This document shows positions 62,873 through 64,000 of a DNA stretch of 64,000 bases, piece after piece (the first letter of the stretch is position 1; each line of letters begins with the position of its first letter). Both the position numbers and the translations under genes were made by a program. Origin of the DNA: an uncultured Acidobacteriota bacterium (GTDB lineage: Bacteria > Acidobacteriota > Thermoanaerobaculia > UBA5066 > DATFVB01); contig CAWEYG010000003.1 of the NCBI GenBank assembly GCA_963813155.1, positions 416,001 to 480,000 of the forward strand, in the 5' to 3' direction. The notes under the pieces are model-generated. The model saw only the letters and a program-made list of their open reading frames with translations, was not told the origin of the DNA and made no database searches.

Positions 62873-64000
62873 TCACTCGTAGCGCAGCGCGTCGATCGGA
62901 TCCAGTCGCGACGCCTTGCGGGCGGGATAGAAGCCGAAGAAGATTCCGATCGCGGCCGAAAAACCGAAGGCGAGCGCGATCGACGCCGGAGAAACGTGGA
63001 CCGGCAGGCCTCCCTTGGCCGACACGACCGCGGACGCCCCGATCCCCACGGCGATCCCGATCAGGCCCCCGAAGACCGCGAGCGTGACCGCTTCGATCAG
63101 AAACTGCACGAGCACGTGAGTGCCTTTCGCTCCGATCGCCATTCGGATCCCGATCTCGCGGGTCCTCTCCGTGACCGAAACGAGCATGATGTTCATGATG
63201 CCGATGCCGCCGACGAGCAGCGAGATCGCCGCGGCGGAGGCGAGAAGGAGCGAAAGGGTCTTGGACGACTGCTCGGACATCTGCGCGAATTCCTGCTGCG
63301 ACCGCATCGTGAAATCCGACTCCTGGTTGGGGCCGAGGTGATGTCTCTGCCGAAGGAGCGCCGTGATTTCTTCCTGCGCCTGGTCGACCGTGCCCACCGA
63401 CGTCGCGGAAACGTAGATCGAGTTCAGCTTGTTCTTTCCGATCAACCGCTTGAGCGCGGTCGTGTACGGGATGATGACGACGTCATCCTGATCTCCCATC
63501 ATCGAGCCGCCCTTTTTCTCGAGAACGCCGGCGACCTTGAAGGGAACGTTCTTGATCCTCACCATCTGCCCGACGGCGTTTCCCGCCGGGAACAGGTTGT
63601 CGTTGACGGTGCCGCCGAGAACGCAGACCTTCGACGCCGCGCGAACGTCGGAATCCGTGAAAAACCCCCCTTGAACGGTGTTCCACGTGCGAACGAGCGG
63701 CCATTCGACGCCGACCCCCTGAATCGACGTGCCCCAGTTCGTCTCGCCGGAGACCACCTGCGCGGAGGTGCGGGCGATCGGCGTCATGTACGCCACGGAG
63801 GGGCAGTCCGCCTTGATCGCGTTCGCGTCGTCCTCCGTGAGGAACGACTGGTCGCTGAAGAGATGAGCCCCTCCCTGGGTCGAAGCCCCGGGAAAAATCA
63901 TGACGAAATTCGAACCGAGCGATTCGATCTGCGACTGGATCGACTCCGACGCCCCCGCGCCGATCGCGATCATCGCGATCACGCATCCCACACCGATGAT
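62873..64000 (-). CDS. MacB-like ABC transporter permease (5' end outside window)
   Basis: ISLLVGGIGIMNIMLVSVTERTREIGIRMAIGA...FGFYPARKASRLDPIDALRYE. Confidence 0.92.
   Translation of the reverse strand: MIGVGCVIAMIAIGAGASESIQSQIESLGSNFVMIFPGASTQGGAHLFSDQSFLTEDDANAIKADCPSVAYMTPIARTSAQVVSGETNWGTSIQGVGVEWPLVRTWNTVQGGFFTDSDVRAASKVCVLGGTVNDNLFPAGNAVGQMVRIKNVPFKVAGVLEKKGGSMMGDQDDVVIIPYTTALKRLIGKNKLNSIYVSATSVGTVDQAQEEITALLRQRHHLGPNQESDFTMRSQQEFAQMSEQSSKTLSLLLASAAAISLLVGGIGIMNIMLVSVTERTREIGIRMAIGAKGTHVLVQFLIEAVTLAVFGGLIGIAVGIGASAVVSAKGGLPVHVSPASIALAFGFSAAIGIFFGFYPARKASRLDPIDALRYE

Overview
GC-rich, gene-dense bacterial DNA. The gene repertoire (Hanks kinase/PD40 proteins, wHTH-FHA regulator, Oar-like TonB-dependent receptor, CRTAC1-like protein, Tat-signal aminotransferase) suggests Acidobacteriota, probably Thermoanaerobaculia; this assignment is an inference. 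At least ten genes are broken by 1-bp indels, several in homopolymer runs, which most likely reflects an unpolished long-read assembly. Housekeeping and transport genes include lolD/lolC-E, an mdtABC-OMF efflux operon, lysS, a 2-oxoacid:ferredoxin oxidoreductase pair, mobA, ribBA, tamB/Omp85, nadK, tlyA, a NitT/TauT ABC transporter, a CHASE3 hybrid kinase and a MacB-like permease. Four items stand out. (1) A BCP peroxiredoxin has an in-frame TGA at its catalytic Cys, followed by a SECIS-like hairpin, so it is probably a selenoprotein missed by the ORF track. (2) In a 35.9-44.4 kb locus, a translationally coupled wHTH-FHA, Ser/Thr kinase and TonB-receptor operon faces an array of secreted-protein genes across 11-bp-phased repeats; the array genes share a near-identical leader and two of them share a C-terminal module ending in Phe. 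(3) A heme-c DUF3365-HAMP sensor with no output domain is paired with a soluble Hanks kinase. (4) One palindromic repeat family is inserted in frame in one gene and supplies both stop codons of a convergent gene pair elsewhere. No rRNA, tRNA, CRISPR array or transposase was recognised.
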